Below, in pieces: positions 1 to 8,816 of a stretch of DNA of 64,000 nucleotides. The notes under the pieces were generated by a model. It searched no databases, was not told where the DNA came from, and worked only from the letters and a program-made list of their open reading frames with translations. The stretch spans positions 6,758 through 70,757 of the forward strand of contig DATDZA010000035.1 in NCBI GenBank assembly GCA_035288865.1. The letters run 5' to 3'. Numbering within the stretch: the stretch's first letter is position 1; each line of letters opens with the position of its first letter. The DNA is from Candidatus Nanoarchaeia archaeon. GTDB lineage: Archaea > Nanobdellota > Nanobdellia > Woesearchaeales > GW2011-AR4. The position numbers and the translations under genes are program-made.

Positions 1-378
1 TCTTGGGGAATTTAGCCTAAAATATCTTTTCAGTTTTCTATTATTTATTACAATGTAATCATTATATTTTATCAATTTTTTTGAATCAGTCTCTCTCCCA
101 TAAAACTCTTCTCCCCTTTTTTCAACAAGCAGCTTAAAAGTTTCATCATCAATCTCTCCCCAGGTTATGTAGTCCTTTGCCTGCTTCAGCATCCCAACAT
201 AAGTTGGGGTATTCGGAAGCACAACACAAAAATTATTTTTATACAGCCTTAGCATGTTCATTGCATCAACTATAGTGGTCCTAACCATAGTGCGTCCTCT
301 GATTCTTATTGCTGCAAGGTTTCCAGGCGCAGTTGCTGGTGCCGCCTTAATTGGCTTAGCTTTTGTTTTTTGTTCCAT
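1..378 (-). CDS. rpl30: 50S ribosomal protein uL30 (3' end lies beyond window start)
   Basis: Not in ORF track (no stop in window). My translation of the minus strand from ATG at 376-378 gives MEQKTKAKPIKAAPATAPGNLAAIRIRGRTMVRTTIVDAMNMLRLYKNNFCVVLPNTPTYVGMLKQAKDYITWGEIDDETFKLLVEKRG..., the archaeal uL30 pattern. It lies directly downstream of uS5, as in the conserved order S5-L30-L15. Confidence 0.8.
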   Translation of the reverse strand, partial: MEQKTKAKPIKAAPATAPGNLAAIRIRGRTMVRTTIVDAMNMLRLYKNNFCVVLPNTPTYVGMLKQAKDYITWGEIDDETFKLLVEKRGEEFYGRETDSKKLIKYNDYIVINNRKLKRYFRLNSPR

Positions 379-379
379 T

Positions 380-1267
380 TTAATTTGCTGATTTTGACAA
401 TCCTTCTACAACACTCAAATTGTTTGCACTTTTTTCATTCAATTTCACCTGAATAAGCTGCTGCAGAGCGCTGAAACATGCAAGCAATAAATTGAGCTTG
501 CTTCTGGTCTGACCTTCGGTCCGCGACCATACATCTTTTATTCCGGCCAATTTCAAAACTTTCTGGCATTCTTTTTCTACTTTCAATCCTGTGCCTTTCG
601 GAGCCGGAATTAATGTGATTACAACGGAACCAGCTTTTCCTGTGACCTTAAATGGAACAGTATGTGCATCACCGCAGCCGCAACCCCAGTCGCCGCATCC
701 TCTTCTTATTTTGATTATGTTCATTTTCGCCTGCCTGATTGCTTTTTCCCGCGCGGGAACTGTTTCTTTGGATTTTCCGTAGCCGATTCCCACATACCCA
801 TTTTCATTTCCAACAACAGCAAAGGTTGCGAATTTTGGCTTATTGCCTTCCTGTGTTTTTTTCTGAGTTTGCTTGAAAATTCTTTTCTGGCCTCCGCCAA
901 ATTTGCCCTTTGCCTGGCCGACCATCAACAAATCAGTCTGCAAATTTTGGACTAGAGATTCAACTATCTCAGGCTCAAGAATCTTGATTCTTCTGTCTAA
1001 AGCATAATCAATATTTGTAACTTCCCCACTCTTGACTTGCCTTCCTAGAGAAGTTTTCGGCTTCCAGGATTCTTTTTCAAACGCCCCTTTTTTCTTTACT
1101 TCCTCCACTATTTCCTGCTCAAGCTCTTTGACTTCTCCAAGCTCCGTAGCCAAACCTTCTTTTGGAGTCTCTATTACGGCCTCCTCATCAGGAACTGCTG
1201 CCTGTTCTGTTTTTTCTTCAGATTCCGGCTGTTCCTTGACTTTTTCTTCTGTTTTTTTCTTAGCCAT
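380..1267 (-). CDS. rps5: 30S ribosomal protein uS5
   Basis: 295-aa ORF. Core ...GYVGIGYGKSKETVPAREKAIRQAK... and ...VITLIPAPKGTGL... are uS5 hallmarks. It has a ~60-aa E/K-rich N-terminal extension and the expected operon position. Confidence 0.95.
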   Translation of the reverse strand: MAKKKTEEKVKEQPESEEKTEQAAVPDEEAVIETPKEGLATELGEVKELEQEIVEEVKKKGAFEKESWKPKTSLGRQVKSGEVTNIDYALDRRIKILEPEIVESLVQNLQTDLLMVGQAKGKFGGGQKRIFKQTQKKTQEGNKPKFATFAVVGNENGYVGIGYGKSKETVPAREKAIRQAKMNIIKIRRGCGDWGCGCGDAHTVPFKVTGKAGSVVITLIPAPKGTGLKVEKECQKVLKLAGIKDVWSRTEGQTRSKLNLLLACFSALQQLIQVKLNEKSANNLSVVEGLSKSAN

Positions 1268-1838
1268 GTATTTTACCTTTTATCTCGTTGAAATGTTTTA
1301 CAGCATCTTCCGGAGCAAGCCCCCTTTTCAAATAATTTGAAAATTGCCTCTCATACTTTTCCTTGTTTGATTTTAATAAATGTGCATATTTTGCAATATG
1401 TTCACCCGAAATTCTTTCTTTGGAAGGCAGTACTCCCTGATCAAATGGAATTTTAAGCCCAGAGTCGATTGCGCCTGCAAGCGCAGCATACAACCTTGAA
1501 CCTTTGACAGAGTTATTAAATCCCAAATCAAAAATTGCTTCCTTGATTCCCTTTTCAATTGATTTTTTGCCCGCTAAAAATCCAACCAGGTAAGCGCTGG
1601 ATAAATTTCCGTTGTCACCTTTCCATCCAAGATTTTTTAGTGTTGTTGAGCTGACTGAGAGTATTATTTTGTCACCTTTAACACCATATTCAATGATTGA
1701 CGCCCGCATATCCCTTAAAGATTTCCTGACAACGAACCTGCGCCTGCCGGACATCAGAATCCTCATTCTTTTTTTGTAGTATGTCCTTCCCTGCCTTTTC
1801 CTTCTGAAAGGGACCGTGAAAATATTACCTCTTTTCAA
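1260..1838 (-). CDS. rpl18: 50S ribosomal protein uL18
   Basis: 192-aa ORF with a TTG start. The N-terminus ...VPFRRKRQGRTYYKKR... is typical of archaeal uL18. It lies between eL19 and uS5. Confidence 0.9.
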   Translation of the reverse strand: MKRGNIFTVPFRRKRQGRTYYKKRMRILMSGRRRFVVRKSLRDMRASIIEYGVKGDKIILSVSSTTLKNLGWKGDNGNLSSAYLVGFLAGKKSIEKGIKEAIFDLGFNNSVKGSRLYAALAGAIDSGLKIPFDQGVLPSKERISGEHIAKYAHLLKSNKEKYERQFSNYLKRGLAPEDAVKHFNEIKGKIHG

Positions 1839-2280
1839 TTTTCACCAACCCCCTTTCCTGCACGTATAGTTTCAGGTGCCTTATGCTCCTGAAAAATCCG
1901 CCTTTGCTTTTCATGTAAATCTCGTGATAGTCTGTTGTAGAAATTATTTTATTGTCCCTCAATGATTTGATAAAATTTCTCTGAAGCCTTATTTTATTCA
2001 TCCAAACTCTTTTTGGAGGAAGCCTGGCAGTTTTCTTCCCTTTTCTTGATCCATGGCCCTTCTGCTTGCCGGAGATTTTCTGTTTTTTTGTTTTTCTCGC
2101 CCAGAACCGTGATGTATTTAATACTCTCCTTTTTGTGATTACACCCTGATTTATCAACGCCCTTACATCCAATTTAGTTATTGCTTCCTTTATTTCATCA
2201 AGCTTCGAAGGGTCAAATTTAATCCTATGCTCGCCACATTTCAATACACTTGCCGCTAATCTTCTTTGTACGCTGAACAT
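1825..2280 (-). CDS. rpl19e: 50S ribosomal protein eL19
   Basis: 151-aa ORF starting MFSVQRRLAASVLKCGEHRIKFDP..., the archaeal/eukaryotic-only L19e signature. Confidence 0.95.
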   Translation of the reverse strand: MFSVQRRLAASVLKCGEHRIKFDPSKLDEIKEAITKLDVRALINQGVITKRRVLNTSRFWARKTKKQKISGKQKGHGSRKGKKTARLPPKRVWMNKIRLQRNFIKSLRDNKIISTTDYHEIYMKSKGGFFRSIRHLKLYVQERGLVKIEKR

Positions 2281-2281
2281 T

Positions 2282-2851
2282 TTAGACCTTTTGTGTTAAC
2301 ACCTTATCTCTCTCTTTTTTATCAGATTCCTTTCGCTGCTCATCAGTCATCTTCTCTTCAGATTTTTCCTTCGGCTTTTCTTTTGCCTCGAGCTTTTTCT
2401 CCTCTTTTTTTGCTTGTGTCTTTTTTTGTGATTTTGATTTCATGAAATTTTCAATCTTCTGTATTGCCTCATCAATTTTTAAATTTAAAACCCGAACATC
2501 CAGCTCCCTTGCCTTTTTTAAAATTTCAATTTTTTTCTTCTTGCCTGCGGTTCTTGGCACAATAATTCCCTGCGTTAACTTATTTATTTTTGAAACTTCA
2601 TTGGCTGAAAAAACCCTTACCATTTCAAGCCCTGTTGAGTGAAGTCCTCTAACTGCTGCCGGAGATTTGAATCCGGGCGACGGCATTTTTCTTCTGCCCT
2701 TGAAGTGATGCCTTATCTTTGAATGAACACCCTTTGGCTTTCGCCATTTGTAGTTAAGCTTCATCCTCTTTGGATTATCCTGCCTGATAAACTCGGGCTT
2801 TCTTTCTTTGAGTTCTTTTCTGACTTCCAATAATACATTGTTTTGTGGCAT
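2282..2851 (-). CDS. rpl32e: 50S ribosomal protein eL32 with K/E-rich C-terminal tail
   Basis: 189-aa ORF. The core ...KWRKPKGVHSKIRHHFKGRRKMPSPGFKSP... is L32e. The last ~55 aa are lysine/glutamate low-complexity. Confidence 0.9.
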   Translation of the reverse strand: MPQNNVLLEVRKELKERKPEFIRQDNPKRMKLNYKWRKPKGVHSKIRHHFKGRRKMPSPGFKSPAAVRGLHSTGLEMVRVFSANEVSKINKLTQGIIVPRTAGKKKKIEILKKARELDVRVLNLKIDEAIQKIENFMKSKSQKKTQAKKEEKKLEAKEKPKEKSEEKMTDEQRKESDKKERDKVLTQKV

Positions 2852-2855
2852 TTTC

Positions 2856-3320
2856 TTACTCGAGTTTTTTAGCTGCTTTTACTAATGTATCCATTATCTC
2901 CAGTACTCGCTCTTTGGCTTTTACTAAATCTTGTTCAGCAACCTCTAAGGACCTCAAATGTGCTATATTTGCTGAATATGTTGTCATACTAGTTGTGTAA
3001 CGGTTTCTAGCATCATTTTCCAAGTATCCTTTTATTGTATCAATAGCTGATTTTATTCTACTTTCTGTTTCTGTAAGCTGTGTATTCGCAAGTATTTTTC
3101 TTATGTCCTGTTCCACTTTTTTAAGTATACTAGCAATCGCTTCTTCCAATTTTACTTTTTCGATACCAATGCTTTCTAGTTCAGAAACTTCTTTTTGCAT
3201 TGATGTAATAAATTGTTGTGTTTGATGAGGTTCCAAGCTACCAGCATAAGCCCTAACGATTATGTCCATCTCGCGCAAGATTTCATTGAACCTTTTCACT
3301 AACTTTTCTTCGCTTGTCAT
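2856..3320 (-). CDS. hypothetical alpha-helical/coiled-coil protein inserted between rpl32e and rpl6
   Basis: 154-aa ORF on the operon strand, 4 nt upstream of rpl32e. Heptad-like E/K/L-rich sequence with no Cys and no recognised motif. The conserved archaeal order normally has L6 directly followed by L32e. Confidence 0.6.
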   Translation of the reverse strand: MTSEEKLVKRFNEILREMDIIVRAYAGSLEPHQTQQFITSMQKEVSELESIGIEKVKLEEAIASILKKVEQDIRKILANTQLTETESRIKSAIDTIKGYLENDARNRYTTSMTTYSANIAHLRSLEVAEQDLVKAKERVLEIMDTLVKAAKKLE

Positions 3321-3369
3321 TTTTAATTCTCCATTTCAATTATTAATTGCTCATTTAGTTAATTTTCTT

Positions 3370-3939
3370 TTACTTGAGTTCCTTACCATCCTTAATAGTG
3401 ATGTAAATTCCGTCCTGAAATACACGGTTGTCAAATCCAGGCCTTCTTGTAAGCTGCTCGATATCCCCGCTTACCTGGCCGGCAAGCTCCTTGCTTGCGC
3501 TGCTGACGTGTATCAAAGCGCCGTCAACTTTTACTGCAGCGCCATGCTTGAGAGCCAGAACTCTCGAAACTTTTTCTCCCAAAAAATTCTTGACGTGAAG
3601 CTTGTTGTCAGATACTGTAACCGTCATCGGAAAATGCCCAGAGCATATCTTTAGCGTGTAATTGTGATTCTCAACAACCCCCCTGACAATATTTTTAACG
3701 TGGGCTGTCAGTGAGCCAAGCACTGATTTATTGTCCTTGGTATCCCTTCCTGACTCAAAAATTATTTTATTTCCTTCAACTTTTGCAGCTATCTGCTTGC
3801 CCATCATCCTTTGCACTTCGCCTTTTGGGCCCTTGATTGTCATTTTCTGGCCGTCAAAGTCCGCAGTAACTCCCTTAGGCAGTTCCACTTCACTTCTTAT
3901 CTTCAATTTCCTTTTTCTGTTTCTTTTTGATTCAGACAT
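3370..3939 (-). CDS. rpl6: 50S ribosomal protein uL6
   Basis: The track ORF runs to 3999 but that part overlaps rps8. The ATG at 3937-3939 (MSESKRNRKRK...) leaves a 7-nt gap. Sequence ...GKQIAAKVEGNKIIF...LKICSGHFPMTVTV... fits two-domain uL6. Confidence 0.9.
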   Translation of the reverse strand: MSESKRNRKRKLKIRSEVELPKGVTADFDGQKMTIKGPKGEVQRMMGKQIAAKVEGNKIIFESGRDTKDNKSVLGSLTAHVKNIVRGVVENHNYTLKICSGHFPMTVTVSDNKLHVKNFLGEKVSRVLALKHGAAVKVDGALIHVSSASKELAGQVSGDIEQLTRRPGFDNRVFQDGIYITIKDGKELK

Positions 3940-3946
3940 TTTAATT

Positions 3947-4336
3947 TTAGTAGCAGTAAGCCAGCAATTTTCCACCAAGCTTTTTTGATTTGGCATCATA
4001 GTGCGTCATGACTCCTTTGGGAGTTGAGACAAACAAGACTCCAAAATCCTTTGCAGGCAAAAATCTTCTTTCAAACTTTTCAAATTCATTATTCTTGACG
4101 CTGTATCTTGGCTTTATGACTCCGCATTTGTTAATCGCGCCATTTAAAGTCAATAAAATGTAATTTCCCCTTCCGTCTTCAACTTCCTTGAATTCGGCAA
4201 TGTAATCATTAGCTTTCATGACTTTCAGCACTTCTTTCATCAGTTTTGAAGATGGCTTAAGCAGGCAGTCTGACTTTCCGATTGCTTCGTTGTTCAAAAT
4301 CAGTGACATTGCGTCTGCTAGTGGATCATTTAACAT
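3947..4336 (-). CDS. rps8: 30S ribosomal protein uS8
   Basis: 129-aa ORF. N-terminus MLNDPLADAMSLILNNE... and C-terminus ...GGKLLAYCY are classic uS8. Confidence 0.95.
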   Translation of the reverse strand: MLNDPLADAMSLILNNEAIGKSDCLLKPSSKLMKEVLKVMKANDYIAEFKEVEDGRGNYILLTLNGAINKCGVIKPRYSVKNNEFEKFERRFLPAKDFGVLFVSTPKGVMTHYDAKSKKLGGKLLAYCY

Positions 4337-4345
4337 TTTGCACCT

Positions 4346-4576
4346 TTAACTGTATTTTTTAAATCCCAATGAAGTTGCGACTTCCCTGAAACATGTCCTG
4401 CATAATTCCAGGCCATATTTTCCTATGTGGCCTCCAGGCCTACCGCATCTTCTGCATTTTGTTGTGAATCGTCCGTGTTTTCTTGGCTTCGGAGCATTAT
4501 TCTTAATGTATTTTTGCAGCTTGATTGGCTTTGCTTTGAGCTGCTTGAAAGCTTTGCGATAATCACTATATGTCAT
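4346..4576 (-). CDS. rps14: 30S ribosomal protein uS14 (zinc type)
   Basis: 76-aa ORF ending ...[25 protein letters not shown]..., with two CxxC pairs. It lies between uS8 and uL5. Confidence 0.9.
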   Translation of the reverse strand: MTYSDYRKAFKQLKAKPIKLQKYIKNNAPKPRKHGRFTTKCRRCGRPGGHIGKYGLELCRTCFREVATSLGFKKYS

Positions 4577-4578
4577 TA

Positions 4579-5091
4579 TTATTCTTCCTCCAATGATATG
4601 CTAAAATTTTTTATCATGAACTCAATTGCTTCTTCTTTTCTGATTCTGTGCCTGGCTGGGATTTTTCTTGCCATCAGTCTTCTTCTCTTTATCCTGTAAC
4701 CCGGCCTTTCCAGCGTAACGCACACTTCAAGCCCCATAATTCCTATTTTTGGATCATACTTGACTCCAGGAATTTCTATATATTCGTGAATGCCAAATGC
4801 AACATTTCCATTCTCGTCAAACTGCCTCGCAGCAAGCTTATGCTCTATTGCCTCAAGCAATCTTGGAAGTATTTTGACTGCCTTTTCTTTTCTCAATGTA
4901 AGCTTGCATCCAATCGGCAATCCCGGCCTTAAGCCCCATTCCTGAATTCTTTTGTTTGTTATTGTCTTTACGGGAGTTGCCTGCGCAATTGCGTTCAACA
5001 GGATCAGACCTTTCTCCAGTTTGGACTGATCTTTGCCTGCCCCGATGTTCAAAGTCACTTTTTCAATTTTAATTGATCTCATTTGGTTCAT
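4579..5091 (-). CDS. rpl5: 50S ribosomal protein uL5
   Basis: 170-aa ORF. ...[11 protein letters not shown]... and ...[25 protein letters not shown]... are uL5-like. Confidence 0.95.
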   Translation of the reverse strand: MNQMRSIKIEKVTLNIGAGKDQSKLEKGLILLNAIAQATPVKTITNKRIQEWGLRPGLPIGCKLTLRKEKAVKILPRLLEAIEHKLAARQFDENGNVAFGIHEYIEIPGVKYDPKIGIMGLEVCVTLERPGYRIKRRRLMARKIPARHRIRKEEAIEFMIKNFSISLEEE

Positions 5092-5143
5092 ATTATTAAA
5101 AATTTCATAAGTTTTTAATTCAGCAAATTGTCGTGAATTTTCG

Positions 5144-5833
5144 TTATCCTAAAGTTATGAGTGGTTTTAAATCTCCGACAACAAAAGCATATTTCTTTAA
5201 TGTTTCAACAAGGTTTCCGCTTGAGTCCTTGTAGATTATTTTGTTCGCTTTAATGTCTTCAACATTTCCAATCTCGCCTGTGTGCTTCCCACCAACAAGG
5301 AAGATTGAAGATTTCTTATCGAGTTTGAGATGCTTAGTGATTTTCTGGTCAGGCAAGGATAATAGAACGGAATCGCCGACTTTGTAATTTCCCGCACTTG
5401 CTAGTATGTTTTTGCCGTCGTACAAGTTGAGTTGAAGATTTCCTTTTACCATTGTTTTGCCGACTATTTTGCACGGCTTCACTAAAGCTTCTTCTTTTTT
5501 TATTTTAATCAATTCAAGCCTGCCGCTCTTGTTCAACACAATCCTAAATTGCTCACTTATGTTTGGAAATTCAAGTGTGTCAAAAATCCCAACTGGAAAT
5601 CTAAAATCCTTTCTTACTTTGCCATCCACTTTCACTTCATTTATGTTGAGGATTTTTTTGACCTCCCTGGTTGTTGATGCATATTTTAAAATTTCTTTTA
5701 AAATTATATTAACGGGCATTCCTGACTGCAACCCATGGGGGCCTGGCACAGGTTTTGTGATGAATGTGGTGGTCTTCCTGTCAATATTCCATGCCTTGGG
5801 CGCTGCAAGCCTTGCCAAATGATTCTTTCCCAT
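5144..5833 (-). CDS. rps4e: 30S ribosomal protein eS4
   Basis: 229-aa ORF starting MGKNHLARLAAPKAWNIDRKTTTFITKPVPGPH..., the S4e signature. Confidence 0.95.
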   Translation of the reverse strand: MGKNHLARLAAPKAWNIDRKTTTFITKPVPGPHGLQSGMPVNIILKEILKYASTTREVKKILNINEVKVDGKVRKDFRFPVGIFDTLEFPNISEQFRIVLNKSGRLELIKIKKEEALVKPCKIVGKTMVKGNLQLNLYDGKNILASAGNYKVGDSVLLSLPDQKITKHLKLDKKSSIFLVGGKHTGEIGNVEDIKANKIIYKDSSGNLVETLKKYAFVVGDLKPLITLG

Positions 5834-5834
5834 T

Positions 5835-6212
5835 TTATTTTCTCCCCATAATTTTTTGGCGCTGTTTATCCTCTATGTTTAATTCTGTGATCATTAAATT
5901 TGACGGGTTCAGTCCGAGCGGCCTTTTTGTGCCGTCTTTTTTTGGCACTTCGACTCCATTTACAAAAATGAGGGACTTTTTCAAATCCACCCTGTCAACC
6001 TTGCCTTCATGCTTTTTGAACTGACCGCGCATCACTTTTACCTTATCACCTTTTCTCACATCAACATTTCTTTTTTTGAATTTTTGCCTCAAATCCTTTG
6101 AAAGATGGGCACTGACAAATTTCTGCCTGATGTGGAGTGGAGCATTAAACCTATACTTTCTCTGTTTGCCGGGCTTAGTGCTGCTTTTCCACTCAATTGA
6201 AAATTTTTTCAT
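5835..6212 (-). CDS. rpl24: 50S ribosomal protein uL24
   Basis: KOW motif ...VRKGDKVKVMRGQFKKHEGKV.... The track start (TTG at 6230) overlaps rpl14, so I prefer the ATG at 6210-6212 (MKKFSIEW...). Confidence 0.9.
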   Translation of the reverse strand: MKKFSIEWKSSTKPGKQRKYRFNAPLHIRQKFVSAHLSKDLRQKFKKRNVDVRKGDKVKVMRGQFKKHEGKVDRVDLKKSLIFVNGVEVPKKDGTKRPLGLNPSNLMITELNIEDKQRQKIMGRK

Positions 6213-6222
6213 TTTAAATTTA

Positions 6223-6624
6223 TTAAACAACGATGCTTGCTATTTTTGCTATTCCTGGCCATCTCTCGCAAGCTTCTTTCGCGATTGCACCCTTGAATAT
6301 TGTCCCTTTTGGATTTCCTTTATCATCTTTCAAAACGACCGCTGCATTATCTTCAAATTTGATTCTCATGCCGTCCGATCTTCTATATTCTTTTTTCTGC
6401 CTCACAATGACTGCATAAACAACTGTCTTCCTCATATCCGGCTTTCCGCTTTTAACTGCAGCCTGCACCAAATCGCCGACACCGCAGCTTCCTATCCTTC
6501 CCTTAACAGTTTTCAGGCCTACAACCGTGAAAATTTTTATTCGTTTTGCACCTGAATTGTCACAAGTTTCAACCTCGCTGTAAACCGGCAGTGCCCTTGT
6601 AACATTTGATTTTAAGGCTTGCAT
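6223..6624 (-). CDS. rpl14: 50S ribosomal protein uL14
   Basis: 133-aa ORF. ...VETCDNSGAKRIKIFTVVG... and ...NPKGTIFKGAIAKE... are uL14-like. Confidence 0.95.
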   Translation of the reverse strand: MQALKSNVTRALPVYSEVETCDNSGAKRIKIFTVVGLKTVKGRIGSCGVGDLVQAAVKSGKPDMRKTVVYAVIVRQKKEYRRSDGMRIKFEDNAAVVLKDDKGNPKGTIFKGAIAKEACERWPGIAKIASIVV

Positions 6625-7053
6625 TTACTTTTCCTCCTCTGGCTTCGGCTCTTCTTTAACCGGCTTGATGACTTTTGATGCTTCTCTTGCTTCCATTTTT
6701 CCTTTGAATCCTTTTTCCTGACCGAGATTCTTGATTATAACAAAATTCTTTGTCTTGCTCAGAGGCCTGCATTCTATAACATCTACAATGTCACCGTCTT
6801 TTGCATTGATGCATTCTGGATTGTGAACTTTTAATCTTGTTCTTCGCTTTTCATATCTCTCATATTTTTTCAAAAAATTCATCCTCTCAAATTCTATGAC
6901 TGCAGTCTTTCTCATTTTTGTAGAGATAACTGTACCTGTGAACCTGCGCCCCCTGACGCTGAGCTTGCCATGAAAAGGGCAATTAATGTCAGTGCACTTC
7001 TGCTTTGGGGATTCCAAAACCATTCCAATGTTTCTTGATTCTGTTTTTGCCAT
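6625..7053 (-). CDS. rps17: 30S ribosomal protein uS17 with K/E-rich C-terminal tail
   Basis: 142-aa ORF with ...CPFHGKLSVRGRRFTGTVISTKMRKTAVIE.... The tail reads ...KPVKEEPKPEEEK. Confidence 0.9.
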   Translation of the reverse strand: MAKTESRNIGMVLESPKQKCTDINCPFHGKLSVRGRRFTGTVISTKMRKTAVIEFERMNFLKKYERYEKRRTRLKVHNPECINAKDGDIVDVIECRPLSKTKNFVIIKNLGQEKGFKGKMEAREASKVIKPVKEEPKPEEEK

Positions 7054-7115
7054 TTTGATTTACCAATGATATTACAGAGCCTAACGCCCTGAACCCAGTC
7101 CATTATTCACAATCT

Positions 7116-7424
7116 TTATCGCAGTTCAACGCTAGCCGGCGCAAAACCATATTCAACCAAGATTTTCTTGGTTCTCTGCCTCTGCTCGCCCTGCAGCTCA
7201 ATCTTCCCACCCTTGATGGTACCGCCGCATGCAAGCTTCGACTTAAGCCTTTTTGCCAAATCCTTGAGATCTATTTCCTTTGCGTCAATCCCTTCAACAA
7301 TTGTATAATTTTTGTTGAACTTCTTGCGCTCAAGATAAACCAAAATCTTCTGGCTTTCCTTGGCTATGGTCTCGCAGACACATAGTTCTTTTACCAAGCC
7401 ACACATTGTGCATACTTCACTCAT
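7116..7424 (-). CDS. sui1: translation initiation factor aSUI1/eIF1
   Basis: 102-aa ORF. N-terminal Cys cluster CTMCGLVKELCVCE, then ...YTIVEGID...LAKRLKSKLACGGTIKGGKIELQGEQR..., which is SUI1-like. Confidence 0.85.
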   Translation of the reverse strand: MSEVCTMCGLVKELCVCETIAKESQKILVYLERKKFNKNYTIVEGIDAKEIDLKDLAKRLKSKLACGGTIKGGKIELQGEQRQRTKKILVEYGFAPASVELR

Positions 7425-7630
7425 TCCTTTTTTATTCCTCCTAGTTGTTTTATCTTTCTGATTGTGAGTATTTTTGCAATTGTCCTCTTCATCTCTTTGA
7501 CTTTGCCAGGGCTTTTTGGAAGCGTGCCGATGGCAATCTGTGAATTTACTTTCATTAATTCCTTTTTCAGTTCGATTGATTTGTTTTCCAAATCAAGCTC
7601 ATTCATCGCTTTTAGTTCCTTGGCTTTCAT
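7421..7630 (-). CDS. rpl29: 50S ribosomal protein uL29
   Basis: 69-aa helical ORF (MKAKELKAMNELDLENKSIELKKELMK...) between uS3 and SUI1. Confidence 0.85.
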   Translation of the reverse strand: MKAKELKAMNELDLENKSIELKKELMKVNSQIAIGTLPKSPGKVKEMKRTIAKILTIRKIKQLGGIKKE

Positions 7631-8324
7631 CTTTTTTCTTCCGCGGACTTCTCCGCTTGGGTTTGTCTGCCTTTTTTTCTTCCTTAGGCTCTTCGGGCAC
7701 TCCCTTTACTTCTTCAACTTTAGTTTCCACAAAATCAACCAGCTCTATATCATCAGGCAATTTCAAATCAGGGGGCATTATTGAAACCTTGACCCCAATA
7801 ATTCCCGTCTTCAGCTGGGCCTGGGCATTTGATTTTCTGACGCTCAATGCTATGTCGCCGCATTTCTTCAGGTAACCCTGATAAAATCTCCAGGATTTTG
7901 CCCTTGCACTTGGGACTTTTCCGCTTATGCTTATTTCAATTCCAAGAGCGCCTGAGCGCATAACTTCCGTCATTATCTTATGGCCTATTGCCTTGAATTT
8001 TTCTGAGCCGAATTTTTCCAGGGCATCAACAATCTTCTCTGCAACAATGGTCGCATCAAGGCTCGGATTCTCAACTTCACTTATTTCAATCTGGGGATTT
8101 TCTAGATTGAACCTTTTTTTGAGCGTCTTTGTAAGCAGCTTGATGTTCTGGCCCTTTCTTCCGACTATGAGCCCCGGCCTTGAAGTGTAGATTACTATTT
8201 TCTCACCCAAGGGGGTCTTAATCATTTTTGTATGGCTGTGACCTACATTGTTGAGGCTTTGTGTTATGTACTCCTCAATCTGGAATTCCTTGATTTTCTG
8301 TGCTACAAATTTTCTTTCTATCAT
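7599..8324 (-). CDS. rps3: 30S ribosomal protein uS3 with K/E-rich C-terminal tail
   Basis: 241-aa ORF. KH region ...IYTSRPGLIVGRKGQNIKLLT.... The C-terminal ~40 aa are K/E/P-rich. Confidence 0.95.
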   Translation of the reverse strand: MIERKFVAQKIKEFQIEEYITQSLNNVGHSHTKMIKTPLGEKIVIYTSRPGLIVGRKGQNIKLLTKTLKKRFNLENPQIEISEVENPSLDATIVAEKIVDALEKFGSEKFKAIGHKIMTEVMRSGALGIEISISGKVPSARAKSWRFYQGYLKKCGDIALSVRKSNAQAQLKTGIIGVKVSIMPPDLKLPDDIELVDFVETKVEEVKGVPEEPKEEKKADKPKRRSPRKKKDESQGTKSDE

Positions 8325-8809
8325 TCTTTTTTCACTTTTGCTCCTTTTTCTTTAGCCTGCTTTTCTTCTGATTTCTTTGTTTTTTCCTCAACACAAATTT
8401 CAACATGGGTCCGTTTCATTCTTCTTCTTGAAAATCTTCCATAGTGCCATGCCTTTCCCGCCTTGTGGGCGCTCATGTGAATAATTATTAAATTTGAAGT
8501 GTTCATTCCTTTGAACTGCGCGTTTGCCTCGACGCTTTCAAGCAGCTTTATAAGCACAAGCGAAGCTTTTTCCGGGTAACTTCCTGGTCCAATTTTTTTC
8601 TTGTGTGACAAGTCGGCATTAAATCTCTTGAAAGGAACTGCAACTTTTTGCTCTGTAACCCGCAACAAAATTTTTTTTGCATCTGTAATATTTTTATGCC
8701 TAATAAAATTGCAAATTTCATAGCTTGTTTTGTATGAAATTGGCAAAGCTACACCGACAGCCCTTGCCATATATTCCTTATTGTAATCTCTGAATGTGTA
8801 TCCTACCAT
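8321..8809 (-). CDS. rpl22: 50S ribosomal protein uL22
   Basis: 162-aa ORF with ...ARAVGVALPISYKTSYEICNFIRHK.... The stop overlaps the rps3 start (ATGA). Confidence 0.9.
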   Translation of the reverse strand: MVGYTFRDYNKEYMARAVGVALPISYKTSYEICNFIRHKNITDAKKILLRVTEQKVAVPFKRFNADLSHKKKIGPGSYPEKASLVLIKLLESVEANAQFKGMNTSNLIIIHMSAHKAGKAWHYGRFSRRRMKRTHVEICVEEKTKKSEEKQAKEKGAKVKKE

Positions 8810-8816
8810 GTTATTC

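Noticed and set aside
3940-3999. N-terminal extensions offered by the ORF track: rpl6 to 3999, rpl23 to 10343, gene F from 40146, gene H from 41324, gene N from 44312, gene S from 46749, gene T from 47852, TRAM to 60406
   Set aside because: Each extension overlaps the preceding gene and encodes non-conserved sequence. In each case an internal ATG, placed 1-13 nt after the upstream stop, begins the recognisable protein or leader.
6912-7103. 63-aa minus-strand ORF in the rps17/sui1 junction as a candidate RNase P Rpp29, which is often found between L29 and S17 in archaea
   Set aside because: It overlaps the 5' third of rps17 in another frame. Its sequence has no Rpp29 (Sm-like) features, and the true intergenic gap is only 62 nt. 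Rpp29 is simply not at this position here.
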